Assembly (NCBI GenBank): GCA_963821535.1
Contig: CAWGEC010000014.1
Coordinates: 3,086 to 67,085, forward strand
From: an uncultured Actinomycetes bacterium
GTDB lineage: Bacteria > Actinomycetota > Thermoleophilia > Gaiellales > JAICJC01
Direction of reading: 5' to 3'
Length of the DNA: 64,000 nt
The notes under the pieces are model-generated. The model saw only the letters and a program-made list of their open reading frames with translations, was not told the origin of the DNA and did not search any database. A program made the translations under genes and the position numbers. Positions 29,209-37,807 of the stretch are shown piece by piece (positions within the stretch are counted from its first letter, which is position 1; the number at the start of each line of letters is the position of its first letter).

Positions 29209-29812
29209 ATGCTGCGCATCGGCCACCGCGGCGCAGCCGCACCTCGCGCCCGAGAACACCCTCGCCGCGATGCGCGCTGCGATCGGCGCGGGCGTGGACA
29301 TGGTCGAGTTCGACGTGGCGCCCGGGCTCGTCGTCGGCCACGACGGCGGCCACCCCGGTCCGGCGCTGGCCGCGTTCCTTCGCGAGCTCGTGGACATCGC
29401 CCCTCCCGAGCTCGGGTTCCTGGTCGACCTGAAGGGAGCCGGCTACGAGCGCGAGACGCTCGCTGTGTGCGAGGCCGCCGGTGTGGCCGAGCGGTGCGTG
29501 TTCTCGACCGGCGACCTGCGCTCGCTGGCCGCGCTCAACGAGCACGCCCGGACGAGCGCGACGATCACACCCGGCCGGTTCTGGGTCCCGTGGGGCCGCG
29601 TCACGCCGGCCGACGTCCATGCCCGGTCCGGCGCCCGCGACGCCACGCTCCGGCACGACATCGTCACGGCCGAGACCGTCGCCGCCGTGCACGAGCGCGG
29701 AGGCCGGGTCTTCGCCTGGACGGTGAACACGCGCGCCGACATCGACCGGATGCGCGCGCTCGGCTGCGACGGCGTCATCACCGACGACCCCCGACTGTTC
29801 CACGAGGAGTAG
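29209..29812 (+). pseudogene. Glycerophosphodiester phosphodiesterase family protein, one frameshift near 29235-29245
   Basis: MLRIGHRGAAA is in one frame. (LA)PENTLAAMRAAIGAGVDMVEFDV...FAWTVN continues in ORF 29270..29812. Length is 3n+1. Confidence 0.75.
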
Positions 29813-29814
29813 CT

Positions 29815-31095
29815 ATGCGGGCCAACCGCCCCCACGAGCCGTCCTACGGCGGCATCCCGACCTTCTCGAAGCTGCCGCTCGTGCTCGACCCGGCTGACCT
29901 CGAGGGCGTCGACGTGGCGATCCTCGGCGCGCCGATCGACGAGACGGTGTCGAACCGGCCCGGGGCCCGTTACGGACCACGCGCCATCCGCGCGGCTGAC
30001 GACTCGGCCGGCGTGCCGCCCTCACGGCCGCACATGTGGCTCGGCGTCGACCCGTTCACCGAGCTCCGCGTGGTCGACTACGGCGACGCCGAGACGGTCC
30101 CCGGGAACGCGGCCGAGAGCCACGCCCAGGTGCGCCGGCGGGTCAGCGAGATCTGCGCGGCGGGGGCCGTCCCGATCATCCTCGGCGGCGACCACTCGAT
30201 CGCCCACCCGAACATGGCCGCGGTGGCCGAGCACCGCGGGAAAGGCGCGGTCGGGGTCATCCACTTCGATGCCCACGCCGACACGGCCGCCGACCTGCGC
30301 GGCGTCGTCCGCTCGCACGGGACGCCGATGCGGCTCGTGGTCGACGAGGGCTGGGTGCGCGGCGACCGGTTCATCCAGGTCGGCCTGCGCGGATGGTGGC
30401 CCGAGGCGGAGGAGTTCGCCTGGATGCGGAAGGTCGGGTTCCACTGGTACACGATGTACGAGCTCGACGAGCGCGGCTTCGACGTGTGCCTCTCGGAGGT
30501 GATCCGCACGGCCCAGGACTGGGGCCAGGACGTGTTCCTCTCGATCGACGTCGACGCGCTCGACCCGGCTTACGCGCCGGGCACCGGCACGCCCGAGGTC
30601 GGCGGCCTCACGATGCGCGAGCTGCTCCGCGCCGCGCGCCGGATCACCGCCGAGCTGCCCATCGCCGGGATCGAGGTGGTCGAGGTGGCGCCGGCCTACG
30701 ATCCGTCCGGGATCACGGCCGTGAACGCCCACCGGCTCGTCCTCGAGGCGCTGTCCGGTTTGGCCCTGGGCCGCAGCGGCCGCGACCCGCAACCGGAGCA
30801 TGATGGGCGCCCACATGTGCAATGCTGCCCACCAGGTGGGAACTATCTCCCCCCGTCGAACGTATTAACAGCAGATGACCTCCAGCAAGCCCGCAACGAT
30901 TCTTCCGCTCACCGAGGACGCCGCCTGGCGGCGGTACCTCGAGCTGACCCGCGACGTGGACGCTGCCGACTACGCGGAGAGGGAAGCCGAGGCCTGGGAA
31001 GAGCTCCAGGCCGCTCTGGAACGCCTTCCGGCCCGGCCGGACGGCGCAGCCTGACCGGTATCCTGCCCGCGCGCCCCCATCGGCTAGCGGCCTAG
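29815..31095 (+). CDS. Agmatinase/ureohydrolase (arginase-fold) family protein; the 3' ~300 nt of the ORF are probably not genuine
   Basis: ILGGDHSIAHP, IHFDAHADT and SIDVDALDPAYAPGTGTPE metal-binding motifs. Family-like sequence ends near 30790, but the frame stays open into tRNA-Glu. Confidence 0.8.
   Translation: MRANRPHEPSYGGIPTFSKLPLVLDPADLEGVDVAILGAPIDETVSNRPGARYGPRAIRAADDSAGVPPSRPHMWLGVDPFTELRVVDYGDAETVPGNAAESHAQVRRRVSEICAAGAVPIILGGDHSIAHPNMAAVAEHRGKGAVGVIHFDAHADTAADLRGVVRSHGTPMRLVVDEGWVRGDRFIQVGLRGWWPEAEEFAWMRKVGFHWYTMYELDERGFDVCLSEVIRTAQDWGQDVFLSIDVDALDPAYAPGTGTPEVGGLTMRELLRAARRITAELPIAGIEVVEVAPAYDPSGITAVNAHRLVLEALSGLALGRSGRDPQPEHDGRPHVQCCPPGGNYLPPSNVLTADDLQQARNDSSAHRGRRLAAVPRADPRRGRCRLRGEGSRGLGRAPGRSGTPSGPAGRRSLTGILPARPHRLAA
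30875..31054 (+). CDS. Possible 59-aa small protein (below the ORF-track cutoff)
   Basis: ATG..TGA ORF MTSSKPATILPLTEDAAWRRYLELTRDVDAADYAEREAEAWEELQAALERLPARPDGAA has a helical, protein-like composition. It has no clear SD and overlaps the read-through tail of the agmatinase ORF in another frame. Confidence 0.3.
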   Translation: MTSSKPATILPLTEDAAWRRYLELTRDVDAADYAEREAEAWEELQAALERLPARPDGAA

Positions 31096-31145
31096 GCCCC
31101 CGCCCTTTCAAGGCGGTAACACGGGTTCGAATCCCGTTGGGGGTA
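31073..31145 (+). tRNA. tRNA-Glu (anticodon TTC)
   Basis: Acceptor GCCCCCA/TGGGGGT, D arm GGCT/GGCC, anticodon stem CCGCC/GGCGG with loop CTTTCAA, T arm ACGGG-TTCGAAT-CCCGT, discriminator A. Confidence 0.9.
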
Positions 31146-31282
31146 CTTGGAGCGTCCTTGCTATGCGGATTCCGCATGGTTACGCGGGTCACACGTGTCG
31201 CTGGTGCCGCCAATGCGCGCGTCGTGCCCCCCTCGGTGGCCCCGTGCTATCTGTCGATGGGACGCGAAGACGAGTTTCCGTC

Positions 31283-31440
31283 CGAAGAACCAAAGCCGGC
31301 CGGGCCCCGCCAAGGGAAAGTGTGGAGGTACAGGCCCGGCTGGCCCCGCGACCTGGCCTCGACCGGCCAGGCCCTGCAATGTCTTCCCCTCGCCTTCTAA
31401 CGCCGCACCTTCACCCGCGATGGTTACACCGCGACTAGGG
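31283..31440. repeat. Copy A of an unclassified ~155-nt structured element
   Basis: 12-bp stem GCCGGCCGGGCC (31295-31306) / GGCCCGGCTGGC (31333-31344) with a 26-nt purine-rich loop. A second stem is CCTGGCC (31352-58) / GGCCAGG (31365-71). Conserved tail. It is paralogous to 32224-32380. Confidence 0.6.
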
Positions 31441-31666
31441 CGGCGCTCATCGAGACAGCTTGCCGAAGCCTTCCTCGGTGAGACCGCGCCCCACCGGCCA
31501 GGAGGGGGACAGCAGGCATGCCGTTCTTCCCAAGCCGGCGAGGCACGGGACTCGCTCAGCGGTGGGCCGCCGACTGAGCGCATTCGGCAGGATAGCCGAA
31601 GGACGTTGCGCCTTTCGAGCAGATACGCATCGGAGTTTCGAGCGTATTGCGGCGCTCACGCTTCGT

Positions 31667-31988
31667 TCAGGGTCTGCGTCTGAGATCCGGCTTGGAGACG
31701 ATCAGGAAGTTGTCGCGGGTTTCGACGACGACCTCAACCGCGGGATCCTCATGGCCCGGTACAACCAGGAAACGATCGGGAGCCTCCACGGCACGCTCGT
31801 ACTCCGCCGACCGGAACCTCAATCGCTCTCCAGCATTTCGGCTGGTCACACTCGCACACGAACGGCACAGGCTCATCGTCAGGCGTCCCGCCGGACTCCT
31901 CAATGGCAGCGCGCCTGGCGTTGTAGGACTGGAACGACTGCTCGTTCTTCGCTGCACGCTCGCGACGCGCTCGCCACTCGGAGCTCAT
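31667..31988 (-). pseudogene. Small conserved actinobacterial-type CxC...C protein, one frameshift near 31813-31820
   Basis: MSSEWRARRERAAKNEQSFQSYN...PFVCECDQPKCWRAIEV is in one frame. SAEYERAVEAPDRFLVVPGHEDPAVEVVVETRDNFLIVSK is in ORF 31667..31957. Length is 3n+1. Confidence 0.6.
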
Positions 31989-32223
31989 TGGGCGATGCTA
32001 ACACGGCAGGTGCGGGTGCCCAGGCGTCTCATCCAGACCCGTCAAGCCAAGTATCGCCGCCGATGGCGGCGCTCCACCCCATCGGGATCCTGCTCGTTTC
32101 ACCGCGCCCCGCCCGCGACAGATGGGTTTGCGACTCTTCGGGGGACGCACCCAGGGTAGGGACGAGGCGCGGCTAGCCCGACAGCGCCGACACGACGTCG
32201 GGCAGCCCAAGATTAAGTGCTCC

Positions 32224-32380
32224 AGAAGACGAAGGCCGGCCGGGCCGCGCACAGGGAAGCGGAGTTAAAGGCCCGGCCGGCCCGCGGCCTGGCTTTGAGC
32301 AACCAGGCCCTCAACGTTTTCTCCCTCACCCCCGAACACCGCGCGTTCGGCGCCGATCGTTACACCCACCGCAGGGCTGG
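32224..32380. repeat. Copy B of the same ~155-nt structured element
   Basis: Perfect 12-bp stem GCCGGCCGGGCC (32235-46) / GGCCCGGCCGGC (32270-81) with a 23-nt loop. A second stem is GGCCTGG (32286-92) / CCAGGCC (32303-09). Same orientation as copy A. Confidence 0.6.
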
Positions 32381-32964
32381 ATCGCCTGGTCTCGATTCAG
32401 GGTTCAGGCGGATCAGATCGGCCGGCCAGCCGATCCCGGCGTGCGATCCGCGGCGCTGCTGCGTCCAAGGCGCACCGCAAAGGAAGACGGCTAGCGGGTG
32501 CGGGAGGCCGCTAGTCTCGAGCGCCCGTAGGACTCCGGCGCGACGCTGAGCGGATCAGCGCCGGATCAACACGCCGGATGACCTCGGCCAAGCTCGTCGC
32601 TGAGCGGTTGGCGAAGAGAGGGCGACACACTCCCCGGTAAATACGGAGTCGCTAGAGGGGGGCATGCCGCCCTCGTACTTTCCGGGCTCTCTGCCGTTTT
32701 GGGAGGACGACAGTCGGAGACCCGGCGTCTGCAGTCCGGGGTTCGCCCTTGGAACCCCCAACGCAGCCAACTTTACCGGTTCTGACTCCGCCTGTCCACA
32801 AAGAGAATCCGGGCTCTGTGCCGCGTCCCGCCCTACCAGCGCGCTTGGGCATGGTGTGAGCGTCGCTGGCGTCGGGCGACCGGGCGGGACGCGACGTCCT
32901 CACGCAGCCCCGCTCGGGGAGCGGCGAGACTGCAACGAAGATTTCAGAACCAGCAGCCGCGCCG

Positions 32965-33225
32965 CTACGTTCGCGGCACTCGCGCCAGGCCGACCGGCGC
33001 AGGCAGATAGCCGTCGCGGCCAAGTACGACGCAGTTCGCGGGATCATCGAACTGGGCCACCCGCGCTGCCTCGCTGCGGCCGTCGGTCTGGATTGCTTCC
33101 CGCGTCTGTACCGGCAGCAGTCTGGGCGGATCTACTTTGAACGCTTCGCGGCTGATCACCACCGTCAGTTGCCGCTCACGGCCGCCGCGGGCCAGCGTGA
33201 ACACCCAAGCCCGGCCGTCGACCAT
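32965..33225 (-). CDS. Hypothetical protein (86 aa)
   Basis: MVDGRAWVFTLARGGRERQLTVVISREAFKV... has protein-like composition. The longer ORF (to 33369) has an Arg/Pro-rich, implausible N-terminus, so the internal ATG is preferred. Confidence 0.4.
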   Translation of the reverse strand: MVDGRAWVFTLARGGRERQLTVVISREAFKVDPPRLLPVQTREAIQTDGRSEAARVAQFDDPANCVVLGRDGYLPAPVGLARVPRT

Positions 33226-33311
33226 CGTCTCCGCGAGGCGTGGCCCGCCGGTGATCTGCCACGGCGTCGGAAACCCGCGATGGGGGGCCGCCCGGGAGCC
33301 TGTGGATGCAT

Positions 33312-33443
33312 TCACGCCGGCCGCCGGCACCGCACGCAGATTCCGTCGTCGCTGAACCGGCCCCCGCACCAGTCGCAGCGCCCCACCCTCCGCAGGCGCC
33401 GCAAGAGGATCGTCGGAACCCCAATCCCGGTGATGACCAACAT
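33312..33443 (-). CDS. Possible 43-aa zinc-ribbon micro-protein (below the ORF-track cutoff)
   Basis: MLVITGIGVPTILLRRLRRVGRCDWCGGRFSDDGICVRCRRPA has a hydrophobic N-terminus plus a CxxC...CxxC pair. GAGGG lies just upstream of the ATG. Confidence 0.3.
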   Translation of the reverse strand: MLVITGIGVPTILLRRLRRVGRCDWCGGRFSDDGICVRCRRPA

Positions 33444-33539
33444 CGCCCTCGGCTCAACTAGCGCGGCCGCAGGCCGATCCGTTACGAGCTGTGCAGGTAG
33501 GCCGCAGAGATGACGCTCAGCCGCACGGCGGAAAAGGGG

Positions 33540-33908
33540 TCACGTCCGCATACCTAAACGGCCGTGATCCGATTCCCTCCCAAGCAGCGAAACCAAACGG
33601 TTCGAGAAGGGTCGCCCTTCCAAGCCGCCTACGTCGGCGACTGGGCCAAACACCGGAATCTCTGCGGCGCGGCGTCGGTTACCTGCCCCGAAGCCGCCGC
33701 GGCTTCCCCCTGACGAGCGCCCGACGAGCCGCGCGGCCGTCGCCCGGTCGATCCCATCCACCACCATGCCGAAGACCTGGTCTTCCGAACAGCCGGCGTG
33801 GATCGCCATCATCACGTAGTTCCTGACCGTGCACAACGCGTACGCCTGCGTCGAGCCGAACTGGACAGGCGGATCAACAAGAAGGTCGGCTTCGAGCGTG
33901 AAGCTCAC
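33540..33908 (-). CDS. Hypothetical protein with HTH-like segment (possibly a phage small-terminase/DNA-binding type); C-terminal half doubtful
   Basis: The GTG start is 3 nt after the HNH stop. GIDRATAARLVGRS resembles a helix-turn-helix. The last ~55 aa are Gly/Arg-rich and may be out of frame. Confidence 0.4.
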   Translation of the reverse strand: MSFTLEADLLVDPPVQFGSTQAYALCTVRNYVMMAIHAGCSEDQVFGMVVDGIDRATAARLVGRSSGGSRGGFGAGNRRRAAEIPVFGPVADVGGLEGRPFSNRLVSLLGRESDHGRLGMRT

Positions 33909-33911
33909 CGC

Positions 33912-34139
33912 CTACCAGGGACGCGAGCTCCGGCGCCTCTTCGCCACCGCGCGATTGCACCGGCGGTGTTCGGCCCCCTGGTACCGGAACGGGTCGCCAT
34001 CCACATGGCCAAGATCGAACGGCTCGTCGGGCTCGATCGGCCGGCCACACCTCGCACACAAGACACCACCACCAGCGACCTTCCGCGCCCAACCCTTCCG
34101 CAACGCCTTGTACCTCGCCCCATACTTGTCAGACGTCAC
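33912..34139 (-). CDS. HNH endonuclease (small phage-type)
   Basis: CARCGRPIEPDEPFDLGHVDGDPFRYQGAEHRRCNRA carries the Cys pair and the H-N-H core spacing; 75 aa; atypical codon usage for this window. Confidence 0.75.
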   Translation of the reverse strand: MTSDKYGARYKALRKGWARKVAGGGVLCARCGRPIEPDEPFDLGHVDGDPFRYQGAEHRRCNRAVAKRRRSSRPW

Positions 34140-34360
34140 GCCTTCCCAATCTCCTGATGATTCTACGGCACACCTGGACCAACGCCGAACAATCCACGCA
34201 ACATTCCCAAATCGGGGGGGATTGTTCCATTGCGCGGGTGTCGACGCCGATTCCTTCAGAAAAAAACGGCTTCGAGGCGAGGGTTATGAGCGTTTGACTG
34301 AGCCGTACCCCGCACCTAAGGCGCAAGCGGAGGCGAGCTCTTGGCGGTACGCTCGCGGAC

Positions 34361-34894
34361 GTGAAATGGGACACATTCGCGGTGGTTGTCGGCGCGGCCG
34401 CGGCCAGTCTGACTGGCCTCCTGTTCGTTGCGGTCTCGATCCGCACCGAGGTCATCGCGAGGTCACAGGAGCTCCGAAACCGTGCCGCGCAAACCCTTGC
34501 GCTGTTCGTCACGGTGCTATTCATTTCGATCCTCTTGTCCATCCCCGAGCAGTCGAACCGGGTGCTCGGTATCGAGCTCGTCGTGTTGGCTCTGGTCGCC
34601 GCAGCGGCACAGCTCGTCTTGGATCGGCGCGCCCAGATCGAGGCCGACACTCGCGACGTCGGCGCGCACGCCACCGCCGCGATTCTGGACTCGGTGGCAC
34701 CTACTGCGATCACCACCGTCTTGCTCGCCGTCGCCGGGCTCCTGCTGGCGCTCGGGGTGCACGCAGGCCTCGACGTGCTGGTCGTGCCCGTGCTTGTGGG
34801 CCTAGCCGGTGGCGTCATCAGCGCCTGGCTGCTGTTGACCAAGATCCCCGAGGCGTCGCCTGAAACAGGCGGCGACGGTCACACTCCTGCCTAA
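34361..34894 (+). CDS. Integral membrane protein (about 4 TM segments), unknown function
   Basis: 177-aa ORF with four long hydrophobic stretches (VVVGAAAASLTGLLFVAVSI, LALFVTVLFISILLSI, LVVLALVAAAAQLVL, TTVLLAVAGLLLALGV...). Confidence 0.6.
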   Translation: MKWDTFAVVVGAAAASLTGLLFVAVSIRTEVIARSQELRNRAAQTLALFVTVLFISILLSIPEQSNRVLGIELVVLALVAAAAQLVLDRRAQIEADTRDVGAHATAAILDSVAPTAITTVLLAVAGLLLALGVHAGLDVLVVPVLVGLAGGVISAWLLLTKIPEASPETGGDGHTPA

Positions 34895-34985
34895 GCTCGC
34901 GGAGGTGCCGAAACAGCTTGGTGCCGCAAGCTGCCTGTACCACGATGCGGTCCGCCTGTCCCGCGCCTATTCGACGGGTTCAGGC

Positions 34986-35336
34986 CTAAAGCACCGGGTT
35001 CCGGCCTGCGACCGTCAGCCAAAGATCCTCATTCGGCACTTTGGCGTAGATCACGTATTCCTGATGGTCTACTGGACAGCCACGGCGGCTGGCCGGCCCC
35101 TCATTAGACACGAGCGTCGCGTCCGCCCACTGGATCGCTTCCCGGACATCCTGAGCACCAACGAGATCGAACGTCATCTGCTCCCACCCCATTGGCGCGC
35201 CCGGGTAGGGACTCCACCCCATCCGCGGCCGGTCGATGTCCGGTGGCCTGGCGGGTTGCTCCCAGAGGGTGACGCGATACGCGGTGGCCACTTCCGACGG
35301 CGGGTAGTCACGATCCAGAGACGGTCTTGCATCCAT
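34986..35336 (-). CDS. Hypothetical protein (116 aa)
   Basis: Protein-like composition (YRVTLWEQP...MTFDLVGAQDVREAIQWADA...YVIYAKVPNEDLWLTVAGRNP); no family recognised. Confidence 0.5.
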   Translation of the reverse strand: MDARPSLDRDYPPSEVATAYRVTLWEQPARPPDIDRPRMGWSPYPGAPMGWEQMTFDLVGAQDVREAIQWADATLVSNEGPASRRGCPVDHQEYVIYAKVPNEDLWLTVAGRNPVL

Positions 35337-35487
35337 GACGAGAGCGTAGAACCTGGCATTGATCAGCGTCGCCTCACGGGAGGCAAGTGGTCGCGCGGTG
35401 CCTGACTCTGCCGGATCACGGGGCTTTCATGCGCACCTGGCCTTCTGTCGTTGCGGCGGAGCTGAGAAATGGCGATGCTTACGCGCC

Positions 35488-35946
35488 ATGGCCGCCAGCA
35501 ACGAGAGTCTCTTCATCGTCCTCCTGACAGGGGGTGGCCTTGCAGTCGTTGGAAGCATCGTCGGGCAGATCATGGCATCGAGGACGGCGCTTTCGCGTGA
35601 ACGCGAGGCGAGACGCGAAGCCCGTCGCCAGACACTCCTGGATTTCAGACGAGAGGCGATCGTTGCGTTCCAGGATCTGCTGCTGGCTGAGGCGGACTTG
35701 GCGAGTGATGACGACGAAGGCCGACGGCAAGCCGAGTTCCGCGCCAGGTTGCTGTTTACGAGGATCGGCGATCACGAACTCGAAGAACTCTGGGAAACCC
35801 GCCGGGCTCAATCAGAGTCCATGCGCCATGCCCAGAGATTCCCGAATCGGTCTGAAATGCAGGCGAGGATGAAGACCGCCGGCCGGATGTTTGACCGCTC
35901 CGGTGAACTCATGCGCGAGATCGACCAAGCATCCACTGACTGGTGA
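35488..35946 (+). CDS. Membrane-anchored hypothetical protein (N-terminal TM plus charged helical region)
   Basis: MAASNESLFIVLLTGGGLAVVGSIVGQIMA is followed by an Arg/Glu-rich helical sequence. The ATG at 35488 lies inside the longer ORF. Confidence 0.5.
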   Translation: MAASNESLFIVLLTGGGLAVVGSIVGQIMASRTALSREREARREARRQTLLDFRREAIVAFQDLLLAEADLASDDDEGRRQAEFRARLLFTRIGDHELEELWETRRAQSESMRHAQRFPNRSEMQARMKTAGRMFDRSGELMREIDQASTDW

Positions 35947-36470
35947 TGCCCATGCTCAGCGGGCGGCAAATAGGCAGGCATGCTTAGCGGGCTTCGGCGC
36001 GGTCGGTACGGTCGCCGCGCCAGAACGCGCCTGCGAGGGCCCTGGCGGGACGGAAGCCAGCGGGTATACGGCGGCGTCCGTCGGCGGCGTTGGCGGCTTC
36101 GGCGAGGAGTAGCTCGACGAGCTGGGCAGCAGAGATGGCGCGCTGTGTGCCGTCGACGGCGGAGGGAAGGAAGATGCCTTCGCCGAGCGGTTGTGTGTAC
36201 TGTGGCGGCGCTTGTCGTCCTCGTGGCAGTCGGCTGGATCGAGCTGAACGCGCGCGCCGAGGAGCGGCGCAAGCTCCCCCGACCGTAGTGCGGAAAGCTC
36301 GGTAGAAGGCCGAATGGGTGACCGTCCGTCTTATGGTAGGCGCACTCCCCCAAAGGGGGGAGGCCGGGTGTTGCTCTCCGAGCTAACGTCAACCTCCGAT
36401 CCTCGCATGGGCGGCCAGGGCAGGTCACTCCAGGCAATGGCCGCGACGACGTGCATCGGCGACGTTCACG

Positions 36471-36890
36471 ATGTCCGAGACGCAACCAGACGCCCGATCC
36501 CTCGAGATCCACCTCGACCCCCAGAACGAGCAGGAGCTCGAGTCGCTGCTCGACACGGTCACCGCGCTCATGTCTCAGCGCGTCCGCGAACATCGCCCGG
36601 CCCGAGGCGCCACCCCGGCCGCATGGCCGCCTGAGATCTCCGAGCGGGAAATCGAGATCCTCCAGCTCATGGCCGAGGGCGCTACAGCCGCATCGGCCGC
36701 GTTGGCGCTCCACCTGAGCGTCTACACCGTACGCTCGCACGTCCGAAACGCCCGCAGCAAGCTGAAGAGCACGACTGTGAGTCAGGCGGTCGCCGTCGCG
36801 ATCATGTTGGGCCTGGTGACGCCAAGGCCGCCCTCAGCAGCGACGCAGGCGCTCGACGGTAGCGGCGAGCTTCTCCTTCTCGACTCGTAG
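36471..36890 (+). CDS. LuxR/GerE-family HTH transcriptional regulator
   Basis: ISEREIEILQLMAEGATAASAALALHLSVYTVRSHVRNARSKLKSTTVSQAVAVAIMLGLV is a canonical GerE-type C-terminal domain. Confidence 0.8.
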   Translation: MSETQPDARSLEIHLDPQNEQELESLLDTVTALMSQRVREHRPARGATPAAWPPEISEREIEILQLMAEGATAASAALALHLSVYTVRSHVRNARSKLKSTTVSQAVAVAIMLGLVTPRPPSAATQALDGSGELLLLDS

Positions 36891-36987
36891 ACCGTCCGCT
36901 TCCGGACACACCGAGACCCCTCATTGTGCGAGGCACATGCCGAGTTTTGACGGCGTGAGGCCGCGCGGCGCCGGGCAAGCACCTGGC

Positions 36988-37417
36988 ATGGGGACGACAC
37001 GAGCCCTCATCGCACTCCTGCTCGCTCTGATCCTCGGCGGCATGGCCGCGCCGCGACCGCACACGCCACGGCCCGGGCCGAGCTGATCCATCGGATCAAC
37101 CACGTTCGAGCCCTCCACGGCGTACCGGCCGTGCATCCGGGCAGCTCGGCGGCGCCTTGCGGCACAGCCACGACATGATGGCGCGCACACTTCGCACAGC
37201 CCGACCGGCTCGACCCTCTCTGGCGCATCACGCGCAGCGGCTCTGGAAGGCGACGGGCGAGCGGTCGAACGCGCGGGCTATGCACAGCGCCGAGCACCGC
37301 GAGATCCTGCTCTCGCCGACCTACCGATGGATCGGCGTCAGCCGCACCTGCGGCCGCTTCAAGCATCACTCGAGCGCCTGCGTCTGGACCGCCGACTTGG
37401 TGAAGCGATCCCGGTAG
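36988..37417 (+). pseudogene. Secreted CAP/SCP (PR-1-like, YkwD-type) domain protein, several frame disruptions
   Basis: Signal peptide MGTTRALIALLLALILGG; AELIHRINHVRALHGVPAV; RHSHDMMAR; MHSAEHREILLSPTYRWIGVS...CVWTADLVKR. These pieces lie in three different frames. Confidence 0.65.
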
Positions 37418-37420
37418 TCG

Positions 37421-37807
37421 TCAAGACTCTAGGGCAAGGCTCGCGTGGCGGAGTCGCGCGCTGCGAACGACGCTCACAACGAGGAATGCGACCACCGCCG
37501 CCAGCCACACCCAGAACACCCAGTCCGGCGCCTTCACCGTCTGGTTTACCGCCTCCATGCAGAACGTGTTGAGCACCAGCCGGGCGTTTGTAAGGTAGGC
37601 GCTGACGAGCACGTCGGCCCCGAGGAGGCCGGGACCGAAGAGCGCCACGGAGGCCGCCCCGAGCCGGGGCGACGCGACTCGGCCGGTCTGGAAGATCGGC
37701 CAAAGCCTGCGGGCGCAAGCCTGCTGCTCACACCACGAACGTGAGGGTGCGCGCGCCCGGGAACGGACATTATGCCCCGGTAATCGGCGGGCGTCGGCAT
37801 CCGTCAA
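37421..37807 (-). CDS. Possible small membrane protein (start very uncertain; minimal version 37421-37558)
   Basis: Hydrophobic segments LGAASVALFGPGLLGADVLVSAYL and WVFWVWLAAVVAFLVVSVV. The only in-frame starts are the TTG at 37807 and the ATG at 37558. Confidence 0.25.
   Translation of the reverse strand: MTDADARRLPGHNVRSRARAPSRSWCEQQACARRLWPIFQTGRVASPRLGAASVALFGPGLLGADVLVSAYLTNARLVLNTFCMEAVNQTVKAPDWVFWVWLAAVVAFLVVSVVRSARLRHASLALES

Noticed and set aside
31307-31332. AAGGGAA...GG(A/T)G loop sequences in the repeated elements, considered as a cobalamin-riboswitch core.
   Set aside because: The motif sits in a simple hairpin loop. No B12 box (GCCACTG-like) or multi-helix junction is present, and there is no downstream cobalamin-related gene.
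32681-32689. TCCGGGCTC 9-mer resembling the conserved RNase P RNA P4 region, in the non-coding stretch 32.4-32.9 kb.
   Set aside because: The flanking GAGGAAAG and other universally conserved RNase P segments are absent on either strand. This is an isolated short match.
34299-34352. GAGCCGTACC...GGTACGCTC stem reminiscent of group II intron domain V.
   Set aside because: The enclosed loop is about 36 nt rather than a compact 34-nt bulged hairpin with a GNRA loop. No reverse transcriptase/maturase ORF or other intron domains are nearby. It is probably just 5'-UTR structure of the 34361 gene.
35984-36200. Minus-strand frame reading ...PLGEGIFLPSAVDGTQRAISAAQLVELLLAEAANAADGRR...* that looks protein-like (possible mobile-element gene remnant).
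   Set aside because: It has no in-frame start codon, I could not recognise a family, and the flanking frames are junk. I left it unannotated.
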